DNA of 36,828 nt from Candidatus Rokuibacteriota bacterium (GTDB lineage Bacteria; Methylomirabilota; Methylomirabilia; Rokubacteriales; DASRDR01). The notes beneath the pieces were generated by a model. The model made no database searches. It had not been told where the DNA came from and saw nothing but the letters and a program-made list of their open reading frames with translations. Position numbers and translations under genes: made by a program. The stretch spans positions 1 to 36,828 of the forward strand of contig JBIOTN010000037.1 in NCBI GenBank assembly GCA_044866005.1. Reading direction: 5' to 3'. Positions 8,654 to 18,475 of the stretch are shown here, in pieces; within the stretch, counting starts at the first letter, position 1, and each line of letters begins with the position of its first letter.

Positions 8654-8703
8654 GCTCAACCCTCCATCGGCGAGCCCGGAGCTCGCCCGTTCTTGCCACC
8701 CGC

Positions 8704-10572
8704 TCATCGCCGTTGCTCCAGCGTGGCCTGGACGGTGTGCGCGCTGCCGGCGCGCTCGTAGGTGACCTCGACGGTGTCCCCCGGCCGGTGTCGGCGCAGG
8801 GCGAAGGTGAGGTCGTCGAGGTTGCGGATCGCCATGCCCCCGAACCGGACGATCACGTCACCCCCGCGCAGCCCGGCGCGCTCGGCCGGGCTGCCGGGCC
8901 GGACCCCGCCGACCCGGACGCCCGGGATCGGGCTGTCGGCGAAGTCCGGCACCGAGCCGAAGTACGGCCCGTAGCCGCCGCCCGTCCCCGCCGCCGCCGG
9001 CGCGACCGGCACCCGGACGAAGGCGAGGCGCTCGTCGCGGTCGGCGAGCGTCCGCGCCGTGCGGTAGGCGACGGTCACGATCGTGCGCAGCCCGTCGGCG
9101 TTCACCTTGTCCCAGGTGTCGCTGGGCCGGTGATAGTCGGCGTGGGTGCCGGTAAAGAAAAAGACGACGGGGCACTCGCGGTTGTAGAAGGCGGTGTGGT
9201 CGGACGGCCCGACGGCGTCCCCGCGGAGGACGAGACGCAGGTCGAGGCCCCAGGCGGCCTGCTCGACGAGCGCCCGGAGGCCCTGGCCGGAGTCGACCCC
9301 CATCACGTGGAGGCGGCCGTCGCGCAGCCGGCCCACGCTGTCGAGGTTCACCATCGCCACCGTGCGCTCGAGGGGGACGGCCGGGTGGCGGACGTAGTGG
9401 CTCGAGCCGAGGAGGCCGAGCTCCTCGCCCGAGAACGCGACGAAGACGAGCGTCCGCCGCGCCCCGCCGCCGCGGGCGAACGCCTCGGCGAGCCCGAGCA
9501 CGGCGGCGGTGCCCGAGGCGTTGTCGTCCGCGCCGGGATGGATCTCGTCGGCGCGCGCCGGGGCGAGGGAGAAGGGGCTCCCGCGCCCGAGGTGATCGTA
9601 GTGCGCGCCGATCACGACGGCGTCGCCCCGGCGCGCCGGATCCGTGCCGGGGAGGAGGCCCACGACGTTGGCCGTGTCGCCGTGCTCACGGACGAGGGCG
9701 ACGCGGACCCGGAGCTTCACGCCGGGGAGCGGCCGCGAGGCCGGCGCGAGCTGCGCGTCGATGGCCGCCTGGGCCTGCGCGAGGTCGAGCCCCGCGGGCG
9801 CGAGCAGGGCGGCGGCGACCGCGCGCGTCGCGCTCACGGCCACGACCCCCCAGGCGGGCGTGGTGCCGCGGATCGGGCGCGGCGCGTCTTCGGCCCGTCC
9901 GGGATTCTCGACCACGACGACCGCCGCGGCGCCATGCTCGCGGGCGTTCAAGACCTTGTGGCGGAGCTCGGTGTAGTGGAAGTGCTCGGGCTGCCGGAAC
10001 GGGCTCTGAGGGTTCCGCTCCTGCGGCTCGCCGGTCATGACGAGGACGATCCGGCCGCGCGACGGCAGGCCGGCGTAGTCGTCGTAGCCGAGGGACGACG
10101 CGGTGATCCCGTAGCCGGCGAAGACCACGTCACCCCGCACCTCTCCGTCGTCGGAGAAGGTCAGCGGCAGCCAGTCGGCTCCGGCCGCGAAGGCCCGCGC
10201 CGTGGCGTCCGGACCGGTCACCTCGAGCGCGTTGCCGGCGCCGAGTCGCACGCGGGTCAGGACCGGGAAGCGCTGAAGGTACGTGCCCGCGTCCCCGCCC
10301 GGGCGGAGGCCGACCCGCCGGAAGTGGTCGGCGAGATAGCGGGCGGCGCGATCGGCGCCGGACGTCCCGGCCGCGCGCCCCTCCATCGCGGGCGCGGCGA
10401 GGTCGCGCACCCAGCCGAGCAGGCGCGCCGACTCGGGAACCGCCTCGGGCCTGCCGCCCGGCGCCCCGGCGGCGAGGGCGACGGCGGCGAGCGCCAGGGC
10501 CAGGATGCCCCCGAGCCGGGCCGGACGCCGGCCCGGCGCGGGGCGTCCCGGAGGGGTCTCCTCGGCCGTCAT
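8704..10572 (-). CDS. Exported M28-family peptidase with PA and C-terminal PDZ domains
   Basis: Catalytic motifs IGAHYDHLG, GADDNASG, FSGEELGL, NLD, SDH and YHRPSD. PA insert VVFAGYGI; PDZ segment GSPAERAGLRGGDVI. Confidence 0.92.
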   Translation of the reverse strand: MTAEETPPGRPAPGRRPARLGGILALALAAVALAAGAPGGRPEAVPESARLLGWVRDLAAPAMEGRAAGTSGADRAARYLADHFRRVGLRPGGDAGTYLQRFPVLTRVRLGAGNALEVTGPDATARAFAAGADWLPLTFSDDGEVRGDVVFAGYGITASSLGYDDYAGLPSRGRIVLVMTGEPQERNPQSPFRQPEHFHYTELRHKVLNAREHGAAAVVVVENPGRAEDAPRPIRGTTPAWGVVAVSATRAVAAALLAPAGLDLAQAQAAIDAQLAPASRPLPGVKLRVRVALVREHGDTANVVGLLPGTDPARRGDAVVIGAHYDHLGRGSPFSLAPARADEIHPGADDNASGTAAVLGLAEAFARGGGARRTLVFVAFSGEELGLLGSSHYVRHPAVPLERTVAMVNLDSVGRLRDGRLHVMGVDSGQGLRALVEQAAWGLDLRLVLRGDAVGPSDHTAFYNRECPVVFFFTGTHADYHRPSDTWDKVNADGLRTIVTVAYRTARTLADRDERLAFVRVPVAPAAAGTGGGYGPYFGSVPDFADSPIPGVRVGGVRPGSPAERAGLRGGDVIVRFGGMAIRNLDDLTFALRRHRPGDTVEVTYERAGSAHTVQATLEQRR

Positions 10573-11267
10573 CGGGGCAGCGCGATCACCCGGTAGGCCT
10601 CGCCGTAGGTATAGCCGTGGGGCTTGCCGAGGTCGGCCGCGCGCTGGCGCACCAGACCCTCGACCCCGGCGAAGTCCTTGAGCTGACTCGCGTGGCAGCG
10701 CAGCGCGGCGAGCTTCCGGTCCATCGTGCCCGTGATGTCGACGACCACGTCGGGCTCGGCGTGGCCCATCAGGTACACCTCCCGCACCCGGTAGGGCTCC
10801 CAGCCCTCGGCCAGGAGATCGGGGAAGTGCATGCGATCGCGCGCGTAGGGGTACACGGCGTCGAGCGCGAGGCGGCCGGCGTGGCGGTGGTCGCGATGGC
10901 CGGCGTAGGGGTTGAGGGACGGGAACGGGTTCTGGGTGACGACGCGATCGGGGCGGACGCGGCGGATCGCGCGGACCACGTCACGGCGCGCCTCGCGGGT
11001 ATCCTCGAGCTCGCCGTCCGGGTAGCCGAGGAAGAGCACCTCCTGCACGCCGAGGGCCCGCGCGGCGGCGCGCTGCTCGCTCTCCCGGAGGCGGGCCAGC
11101 CGCTGGGGGGTCATCGCCGGGTCGTCCGAGCCCTTGTCGCCGTTCGTCACGACGCAGTAAAAGACCTCATCGCGCTCCTCGACCCACCGGGCGACGCTGC
11201 CCCCGCACCCGAACTCGGCGTCGTCCGGGTGGGCCACGATGACGAGGATTCGCCGCACGTCGGTCAT
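10569..11267 (-). CDS. PIG-L family deacetylase (MshB/Mca/BshB superfamily)
   Basis: AHPDDAE, R..EQRAAARALG, HRDH and KLAALRCHASQ. Stop codon overlaps the M28 gene start. Confidence 0.9.
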   Translation of the reverse strand: MTDVRRILVIVAHPDDAEFGCGGSVARWVEERDEVFYCVVTNGDKGSDDPAMTPQRLARLRESEQRAAARALGVQEVLFLGYPDGELEDTREARRDVVRAIRRVRPDRVVTQNPFPSLNPYAGHRDHRHAGRLALDAVYPYARDRMHFPDLLAEGWEPYRVREVYLMGHAEPDVVVDITGTMDRKLAALRCHASQLKDFAGVEGLVRQRAADLGKPHGYTYGEAYRVIALPR

Positions 11268-11317
11268 CTCCGCTCCTCGGGATGGGAATGAACGGCTGCG
11301 CGTTCCGCCTCACTCTA

Positions 11318-11361
11318 CCACGCGGGTCGAGCCCGACCGCCACGCGGGTCGAGCCCGACCG
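11318..11361. repeat. Perfect 22-bp tandem duplication
   Basis: ccacgcgggtcgagcccgaccg occurs twice in tandem. Each unit contains a small cggg/cccg inverted repeat. Confidence 0.9.
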
Positions 11362-11579
11362 CGATCGCGCCGGATCCTCCCGCGACGCTCTTTGCCGTGC
11401 CGCCGTCCGACGCGGCGCTGTCGGCGGCCGTGCCCGTGCGTCGGCGCGTGGGTCGCGGACGCACCGGCCGACGGCGCGGGCCCCGGAGGAGGCGAGGCCG
11501 CGCCCGGCTCGCCCCTGACCCGCCCTTGGGCGTGGCGGGGGGCCCCGCCCACCGCGCTGCTCCCAGATGGAAAAACCGG

Positions 11580-11608
11580 TTGACCTACCCATAACGACGG
11601 TTTATCAT
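11580..11608 (+). promoter_or_regulatory. Sigma70-type promoter of the IclR gene
   Basis: TTGACC-N17-TATCAT in an AT-rich patch, 43 nt upstream of ATG 11652. Confidence 0.7.
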
Positions 11609-11651
11609 TCTGACTCGCCGCCTGTTTGGTTCTCGGGCGGTCGAGGCGCTC

Positions 11652-12440
11652 ATGAAGAAAGCCAAGTCGGACTACCTGATCCAGTCCGTCAGCCGGGCCC
11701 TGGACATCCTGGAGGCCTTCACGATCGGGCAGGAGGAGCTCGGCGTCACGGAGCTGTCGCGGAAGCTCAAGCTCCACAAGAACAACGTCTTCCGCCTCCT
11801 GGCCACGCTCGAGACCCGGGGCTACGTCGAGCAGGACCGGGACAGCGGCAACTATCGCCTGGGGATGAAGACCTTCGAGGTCGCCAGCGTCTTCCTCCAC
11901 CACCTCGGGTTGGCCAAGCAGGCGCGGCCGAGCCTCGCCCAGCTCGCCGCCGAGACGGGGGAAACGGCGTACCTGGCCGTCCTCGAGGGCCCGACGGTCC
12001 TCGCCATCGACATGGTCGAGACCGGCCACGCGGTGCGGGTGGTGTCCCACCTCGGCCGACGCCTGCCAGCCCACGCCGCGGCGCTCGGCAAGGCCCAGCT
12101 CGCCTTCCGGCCGCAAGACGAGCTCGAGCAGCTCTGGAAGCAGCACGAGCCCGTCGCGGCGACGCCCCGGACCCTGACCGATGCGGGGCGGCTCGGCGAG
12201 GAGCTGGCGCGGGTGGCCGCGCACGAGCTCGCGTTCGAGGACGAGGAGCTCGAGCCCGGCGTCCGCGCCGTCGCCGCGCCGGTGCGCGACTACCAGAAGC
12301 GCGTGGTCGCCGCGCTTGGCATCACGGGGCCCGTGCTGCGCCTGACGCTCGAGCGCCTCCAGGACGAGGTCGCGCCGCGCGTCCGCGCCGCGGCGCAGGC
12401 CGTCTCCCGGCGCCTGGGCTACCCGGTCAGCGCGCCCTGA
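11652..12440 (+). CDS. IclR family transcriptional regulator
   Basis: [52 protein letters not shown] and EE...GVRAVAAPV. Confidence 0.93.
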   Translation: MKKAKSDYLIQSVSRALDILEAFTIGQEELGVTELSRKLKLHKNNVFRLLATLETRGYVEQDRDSGNYRLGMKTFEVASVFLHHLGLAKQARPSLAQLAAETGETAYLAVLEGPTVLAIDMVETGHAVRVVSHLGRRLPAHAAALGKAQLAFRPQDELEQLWKQHEPVAATPRTLTDAGRLGEELARVAAHELAFEDEELEPGVRAVAAPVRDYQKRVVAALGITGPVLRLTLERLQDEVAPRVRAAAQAVSRRLGYPVSAP

Positions 12441-12654
12441 GCGTGCCGGGGCCGCGGCCGCCCGGCGCGCGGTGGACCGGCGCCCCATCGACGCCTCTCT
12501 GCCGACGCGGGGCGATCTCCCTCCCCGCCGCCGTCCCCTCGCGCCCGGCCCGGCCGGCGCCGCGCCCGGTCCGGCGTTGCGTCGGGCGGGCAGTTCGGGA
12601 ACAATAGCGACGTTCGGCGCGACGCCAAGCGCGCCGCCGCAGACGCGAAGGATC

Positions 12655-15435
12655 ATGGGCAGCGACCGCATCGTCATCCGAGGCGCCCGAGAGCACAACC
12701 TCAAGAACATCGACCTCGAGATCCCCCGCGACCGGCTCGTCGTCGTCACGGGGCTCAGCGGGTCGGGCAAGTCCTCCCTCGCCTTCGACACGATCTACGC
12801 CGAAGGGCAGCGGCGGTACGTGGAGAGCCTCTCCGCGTACGCACGGCAGTTCCTGGAGCAGATGGAGAAACCCGACGTCGACTCGATCGAGGGCCTCTCG
12901 CCCGCCATCTCGATCGAGCAGAAGACGACGTCCAAGAACCCGCGCTCGACCGTCGGGACCGTCACCGAGATCTACGACTACCTGCGCGTCCTCTATGCGC
13001 GCGTCGGCGTCCCCCACTGCCCGCAGTGCGGGCAGGTGATCGCGGCGCAGACGGTCCAGCAGATGGTGGACCGCGTGCTGACGCTCCCGGCCGGCGGCCG
13101 GATCGTGGTGCTCGCCCCGATGGTCCGCGGGCGCAAGGGGGAGTACCGGAAGGTCTTCTTCGACCTGCGCCGGCAGGGGTACACGCGGGTCCGCGTCAAC
13201 GGCACGGTGCGCGAGCTGGGGGAAGAGATCGAGCTCGACAAGAACCGGAAGCACACGATCGAGGTGGTCGTGGACCGCCTCGTGGTGAAGGCCACCATCG
13301 CCCCGCGCCTGGCCGACTCGCTGGAGACGGCGCTGCGGCTGGCGGACGGCGTGGTGGTCGTGGAGACGGTCGAGGGCGGCCAGGCCTTCGTCTTCTCCGA
13401 GCGGCTCGCCTGCGCGCGCTGCGGCGTCTCTTTCCCCGAGGTCTCGCCCCGGATGTTCTCCTTCAACAATCCCTACGGCGCCTGTCCGGAGTGCGGCGGG
13501 CTCGGGACGCGGTTCGAGCTGGACCCCGGGCTGATCGTGCCCGACCCCCGGAAGTCGCTGAACGGGGGGGCCCTCGCGCCGTGGGCCGGCCGGGAGTCGG
13601 TCTACTTCCGGCAGACGCTCGCCATCCTGGCGCGCCGGCGGCGCTTCAGCCTCGACAAGCCCTGGCGCGAGCTCCCGAAGGGGACGCGGGAGCTGATCCT
13701 CCACGGCGGCGGCGAGGCGGGCGGCTTCGAGGGCGTGCTCGGCGTGCTCGCGCGGCGCTACAAGGAGACCACCTCGGAGGAGACGCGGGCCGAGGTCGAG
13801 CGCTTCATGTCGGAGCGGCCGTGCCCCGCGTGCAAGGGCGGGCGGCTCCGTCCCGAGAGCCTCGCCGTCCGCGTCGGCGGGCGGTCGATCCAGGAGGTCT
13901 GCGCGCTCACCATCAAGGACGCCGCTGCCCGGTTCGAGACGCTCGTCCTGGGCGAGCGAGAGCAGACGATCGCGCGCCGCGTGCTCAAGGAGATCCGGGA
14001 GCGGCTGGGCTTCCTCCGGGACGTCGGCCTGGAGTACCTGACGCTCGATCGGCCGGCCGCCACGCTGGCGGGCGGCGAGGGGCAGCGGATCCGCCTGGCG
14101 ACGCAGATCGGCTCGAGCCTGGTCGGCGTCCTCTACATCCTGGACGAGCCCTCCATCGGGCTCCACCAGCGCGACAACCGCCGGCTCCTCGACACGCTCC
14201 TGCGCCTCCGCGACCTCGGCAACACCGTCCTCGTCGTGGAGCACGACGAGGAGACCATCCGCGCCGCCGATCACGTGATCGACCTCGGGCCCGGCGCCGG
14301 CGAGCTCGGCGGCTACGTCGTCGCCACCGGGACGCCGGCCGAGATCACGGCCGACCCGAAGTCCTTGACCGGCCGCTACCTGGCGGGCGAGCTGTCGATC
14401 CCGCTCCCGCTCCTCCGGCGGAGCGGGACGGGCAAGTGGCTCACGGTCCACGGCGCCCGCGAGCACAACCTCAAGGGCATGGCGATCCGGATCCCGCTCG
14501 GCACGTTCGCCTGCATCACGGGCGTCTCCGGCTCGGGCAAGTCCACGCTCGTCAACGACATCCTCTACCGGGCGCTCGCCCAGGTCTTCCACCGCGCGCA
14601 GGAGCGGCCCGGGGCGCACGACCGGATCGAGGGGCTCCAGCACCTGGACAAGGTGATCAACATCGACCAGTCCCCCATCGGGCGCACCCCGCGCTCGAAC
14701 CCCGCGACCTACACGGGCGTCTTCGCGTTCATCCGGTCGCTCTTCGCCCGGACGCCCGACGCGCGGGCCCGCGGGTACGCGCCCGGGCGCTTCTCCTTCA
14801 ACGTGAAGGGCGGGCGCTGCGAAGCGTGCCAGGGGGACGGCCTCGTCAAGATCGAGATGCACTTCCTCCCCGACGTCTACGTGACGTGCGAGGTCTGCAA
14901 GGGCAAGCGCTACAACCGCGAGACGCTGGAGATCCGCTACAAGGGCCGAAACATCGCCGAGGTGCTGGAGATGACGGTCCGCGAGGCGCTCGCCTTCTTC
15001 GAGGCCGTCCCGCCGATCAAGCAGAAGCTCCAGACCCTCCACGACGTCGGGCTCGACTACATCCGGCTCGGCCAGCCGGCGACGACGCTCTCGGGCGGTG
15101 AGGCCCAGCGCGTGAAGCTCTCCACCGAGCTGTCGCGGCGGGCGACCGGCCGCACGCTCTACATCCTGGACGAGCCGACCACCGGGCTCCACTTCGCCGA
15201 CATCCAGCGGCTGCTCGACGTCCTCAACCAGCTCGTGGAGCAGGGCAACACGGTCGTCGTGATCGAGCACAACCTCGACGTCGTCAAGACGGCCGACCAC
15301 ATCGTCGACCTGGGGCCCGAAGGCGGCGAGGCGGGCGGCCACGTGGTGGCGACGGGGTCGCCGGAGGAACTCGCCGACCAGGCCGAGCGCTCCTATACCG
15401 GGCAGTTTCTGCGGCGGGTCCTCGCACCTCGCTGA
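12655..15435 (+). CDS. uvrA: Excinuclease ABC subunit A
   Basis: Start re-called at ATG 12655. GAREHNLKN, two Walker A motifs ([16 protein letters not shown]), Zn-finger CxxC pairs, LSGGEAQR and LDEPTTGLH. Confidence 0.97.
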   Translation: MGSDRIVIRGAREHNLKNIDLEIPRDRLVVVTGLSGSGKSSLAFDTIYAEGQRRYVESLSAYARQFLEQMEKPDVDSIEGLSPAISIEQKTTSKNPRSTVGTVTEIYDYLRVLYARVGVPHCPQCGQVIAAQTVQQMVDRVLTLPAGGRIVVLAPMVRGRKGEYRKVFFDLRRQGYTRVRVNGTVRELGEEIELDKNRKHTIEVVVDRLVVKATIAPRLADSLETALRLADGVVVVETVEGGQAFVFSERLACARCGVSFPEVSPRMFSFNNPYGACPECGGLGTRFELDPGLIVPDPRKSLNGGALAPWAGRESVYFRQTLAILARRRRFSLDKPWRELPKGTRELILHGGGEAGGFEGVLGVLARRYKETTSEETRAEVERFMSERPCPACKGGRLRPESLAVRVGGRSIQEVCALTIKDAAARFETLVLGEREQTIARRVLKEIRERLGFLRDVGLEYLTLDRPAATLAGGEGQRIRLATQIGSSLVGVLYILDEPSIGLHQRDNRRLLDTLLRLRDLGNTVLVVEHDEETIRAADHVIDLGPGAGELGGYVVATGTPAEITADPKSLTGRYLAGELSIPLPLLRRSGTGKWLTVHGAREHNLKGMAIRIPLGTFACITGVSGSGKSTLVNDILYRALAQVFHRAQERPGAHDRIEGLQHLDKVINIDQSPIGRTPRSNPATYTGVFAFIRSLFARTPDARARGYAPGRFSFNVKGGRCEACQGDGLVKIEMHFLPDVYVTCEVCKGKRYNRETLEIRYKGRNIAEVLEMTVREALAFFEAVPPIKQKLQTLHDVGLDYIRLGQPATTLSGGEAQRVKLSTELSRRATGRTLYILDEPTTGLHFADIQRLLDVLNQLVEQGNTVVVIEHNLDVVKTADHIVDLGPEGGEAGGHVVATGSPEELADQAERSYTGQFLRRVLAPR

Positions 15436-15757
15436 CTGCCGGGACCGCCTGGCACCGCTGGAAGGGCTCGGCCTCGGGGAGACTGGGCCCCCGGGCGGGC
15501 GCGGATTCGCCGCGCCCGTGGCGGCCGGCAGAGGCCTGGCGCACCCCGCGTGGCTGGGCTATGCTTGGCGAGTCAGGACGGGACACGCGGCGTCGCGAAC
15601 CGCGTGGAATGCAGTCCCGGAGCGCGCTGAGGCAATCGGAGTCGAAGTCGCACGCCTGGCGGCGCTGCGCGAAGGGGGACGTGTATCGGAGAGCGTTTCG
15701 CGAAGAGGTCGAGTGCAGCTCACTGAACTGACCCTGAACTGACCATGGAGGGAACAC

Positions 15758-16132
15758 ATGGCATCGGTTGCGTTCGCGCTCCCCATCAAGCCGGGGAAAA
15801 ATGACGCGGGTCTCAAGTTCGTCGAAGAGCTGACGACCGGTCGCAGTCAGGAGTTCCACAAGCGCCGTCAGCCGCACTTCGAACGGGTGAGGATCTGGCG
15901 TCAGCACACCCCCTCGGAGATGATCATCGTCTGCCTCGAGGGTCCCGACGTCCACGGCGCGATGCAGTCCAGGGCCAAGGAGGACCACGAGTTCGAGCGG
16001 TGGTTCGACTCGAAGATCGAGGAGATCACGGGACACCACATGAAGAACGTCAGTGGCAAGGGCGCACCGGCCGAGCTGCTGATGGACTGGCACAGGGACA
16101 AGGGCCACGCCAAGTCGAAGTCCGGCCACTGA
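15758..16132 (+). CDS. Hypothetical protein, possibly dimeric alpha/beta-barrel fold
   Basis: 124-aa ORF with RBS GGAGGG and genome-like codon use. The N-terminal FALPIKPGK pattern resembles small alpha/beta-barrel proteins. Confidence 0.7.
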   Translation: MASVAFALPIKPGKNDAGLKFVEELTTGRSQEFHKRRQPHFERVRIWRQHTPSEMIIVCLEGPDVHGAMQSRAKEDHEFERWFDSKIEEITGHHMKNVSGKGAPAELLMDWHRDKGHAKSKSGH

Positions 16133-16153
16133 GACCTAGCCGGTCCCGTTACC

Positions 16154-16193
16154 GGGCGACACCACCGTAGCCGCCGGGCGGGTGGTGTCGCCC
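16154..16193 (+). terminator. Stem-loop, probable terminator
   Basis: Perfect 13-bp inverted repeat gggcgacaccacc / ggtggtgtcgccc with a 14-nt loop, 21 nt after the stop at 16132. No U-tract. Confidence 0.55.
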
Positions 16194-16296
16194 TCCCTCG
16201 CCGCCGTCCTCTCGGCCCGCCGCCTGCCCCGGGCGCGGCGCTGTGCTAGGATGCGGGTACCGCCGGGGACCGTCGCTCACCCTCCGAGGAGGTAGC

Positions 16297-18387
16297 ATGG
16301 CGATCGAGATCTCCCGTATCCGCAACATCGGCTTCGTCGGCCACGGGGGGGTCGGCAAGACGTCGCTCGTCGAGGCCATCCTCTCGCGCACCGGCATGAC
16401 GAGCCGGCTGGGGCGCGTGGACGACGGGACCGCGACGACCGACTTCGACCCCGAAGAGATCAAGCGTAAGATCTCGATCAACACCGCCGTCGCCTTCTGC
16501 GACCACCGGGACCACCGGATCCACCTCGTGGACATTCCCGGGTACGGCGACTTCATCGCGGAGGCGCGCTCCGCGCTCCGCGTCGTCGAGGGGGCCGTCA
16601 TCGTGGTGGACGCGGTCGCCGGGGTCGAGGTCCAGACCGAGAAGGTCTCGAAGTTCGCGCAGGAGTACGCCTTGCCGCGTCTCTGCTTCGTCAACCGGAT
16701 GGACCGGGAGCGGGCGGACTTCGCGCGGGCCCTCGACTCGATCCAGCGGCGGCTCAAAGGCCGGTTCGTGCCGCTCCAGCTCCCGGTCGGCCAGGAATCG
16801 GCGTTCCGGGGCGTCGTGAACCTCGTCAAGATGAAGGCCAGCATCCAGCAGGACGGCAAGATCGTGGAGGGCGAGATCCCGGCGGACCTCCTGGCGAGCG
16901 CGCGCGAGCACCGGGAGAAGCTCTTCGAGGCAGTCGCGGAGACCGACGACGACCTCCTCGCCCGCTACCTCGAGGAGGGGAGCCTGGACGAGGCGGAGGT
17001 GCTGAAGGCGCTGCGCGCCGCGATCGGGGCGGGGAAGCTCGTCCCGGTCCTGTGCGGGTCCGCGGCCAAGGCGCTCGGCGTGGGCTCGCTGCTCGAGCTC
17101 GTCATCGACTCGTTTCCCTCGCCGGCCGACCGCCCCCCCATCGAAGGGACCGACCCTCGCAGCAAGGAGCCGGTCACGCGCGCCCCGGGGGCGAAGGAGC
17201 CGTTCACGGCGCTCGTCTTCAAGACCTTCACGGACCCGCACGTCGGCAAGCTGACCCTCCTCCGCGTCTTTTCGGGGACGCTCGGCACGAACGCCCAGGT
17301 CCACAACGCCACGCGAGAGGCGCGCGAGCGGGTCGGGCAGGTCGCGCACATGCAGGGCAAGGAGCAGCGTCAGGTGGAGGGGCTGGGCCCCGGCGAGATC
17401 GGCGTCGTGGCCAAGCTGAAGGAGACGCTGACCGGCGACACGCTCTGTGCGGAGAGCGCGCCGATCGTCATCCCGCCGATCGCGTTCCCGGAGCCGTCCA
17501 TCTCCTTCGCCCTCCAGCCGAAGACGAAGGGTGACGAGGACAAGATCTCCAACGCCCTCGCCCGGCTCGCCGAGGAGGACCCGACGCTCCGCTACCACTA
17601 CGACCCGGAGACCAAGCAGCTCCTGATCTCGGGCGTCGGTCAGCTCCACATCGAGGTCACGCTCGAGCGGATGAAGCGCAAGTTCAACGCCGAGGTTGTC
17701 CTCCTGCCGCCGCGCATCCCTTACAAGGAGACGGTCAAGGGCCGGGCCCAGGTGCAGGGCCGCCACAAGAAGCAGACGGGGGGCCGCGGCCAGTTCGGCG
17801 ACTGCTGGATCGAGATCGAGCCGCTCGCCCGCGGCGGCGGGTTCGAGTTCGTGGACAAGATCTTCGGCGGCGCGATCCCGCGGAACTTCATCCCGTCGGT
17901 GGAAAAGGGCGTCCGGGCCCGGCTCGAGCGCGGCGTCATCGCGGGCTACCCGGTCGTGGACGTGCGGGTGACGCTCAACGACGGCTCCTACCACAGCGTG
18001 GACTCCTCCGACATCGCCTTCCAGCTCGCCGGCCAGATCGCCGCGGAGAAGGCGGTGCTGGAGGCGAAGCCCTGCCTGCTCGAGCCGATCATGAACGTCG
18101 AGGTCACGGTGCCGTCGAACCTCGCGGGGGACGTCATCGGCGACCTGAACAGCCGGCGGGGCAAGATCATGGGGATGGAGGCGGGCGGCGACACGACGGT
18201 CGTCCGCGCCCAGGTCCCGATGGCGGAGATGCTCAACTACGAGCCGAGCCTCCGCTCGATGTCAGGCGGCCGGGGGAGCTACTCGATGGAGTTCTCTCAC
18301 TACGAGGAGCTCCCCGGGATGTTCGCCGAGAAGGTGATCGGGGAGGCGAAGAAGGAGAAGGAAGCCAAGGCCGCGGAAAAACACTAG
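16297..18387 (+). CDS. fusA: Elongation factor G paralogue (EF-G2 type)
   Basis: Start re-called at ATG 16297 behind GAGGAGG. GHGGVGKT, DIPGY, NRMD, EEDPT, KKQTGGRGQFG, YHSVDSS and LLEPIM. Not in an rpsL-rpsG-tuf context. Confidence 0.93.
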   Translation: MAIEISRIRNIGFVGHGGVGKTSLVEAILSRTGMTSRLGRVDDGTATTDFDPEEIKRKISINTAVAFCDHRDHRIHLVDIPGYGDFIAEARSALRVVEGAVIVVDAVAGVEVQTEKVSKFAQEYALPRLCFVNRMDRERADFARALDSIQRRLKGRFVPLQLPVGQESAFRGVVNLVKMKASIQQDGKIVEGEIPADLLASAREHREKLFEAVAETDDDLLARYLEEGSLDEAEVLKALRAAIGAGKLVPVLCGSAAKALGVGSLLELVIDSFPSPADRPPIEGTDPRSKEPVTRAPGAKEPFTALVFKTFTDPHVGKLTLLRVFSGTLGTNAQVHNATREARERVGQVAHMQGKEQRQVEGLGPGEIGVVAKLKETLTGDTLCAESAPIVIPPIAFPEPSISFALQPKTKGDEDKISNALARLAEEDPTLRYHYDPETKQLLISGVGQLHIEVTLERMKRKFNAEVVLLPPRIPYKETVKGRAQVQGRHKKQTGGRGQFGDCWIEIEPLARGGGFEFVDKIFGGAIPRNFIPSVEKGVRARLERGVIAGYPVVDVRVTLNDGSYHSVDSSDIAFQLAGQIAAEKAVLEAKPCLLEPIMNVEVTVPSNLAGDVIGDLNSRRGKIMGMEAGGDTTVVRAQVPMAEMLNYEPSLRSMSGGRGSYSMEFSHYEELPGMFAEKVIGEAKKEKEAKAAEKH

Positions 18388-18475
18388 ATTCTTCGCACGG
18401 CGGCTGCGCTCCTTCCGAGCCCGCTGGAGCCTCGCGCGGAGCCCCTTGACGGTGCCGGCCCCGCCGAGGGATACC

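Noticed and set aside
12590..12616. Possible LexA box upstream of uvrA (gttc/gaac words)
   Set aside because: Spacing fits neither GAAC-N4-GTTC, GTTC-N7-GTTC nor CTGT-N8-ACAG.
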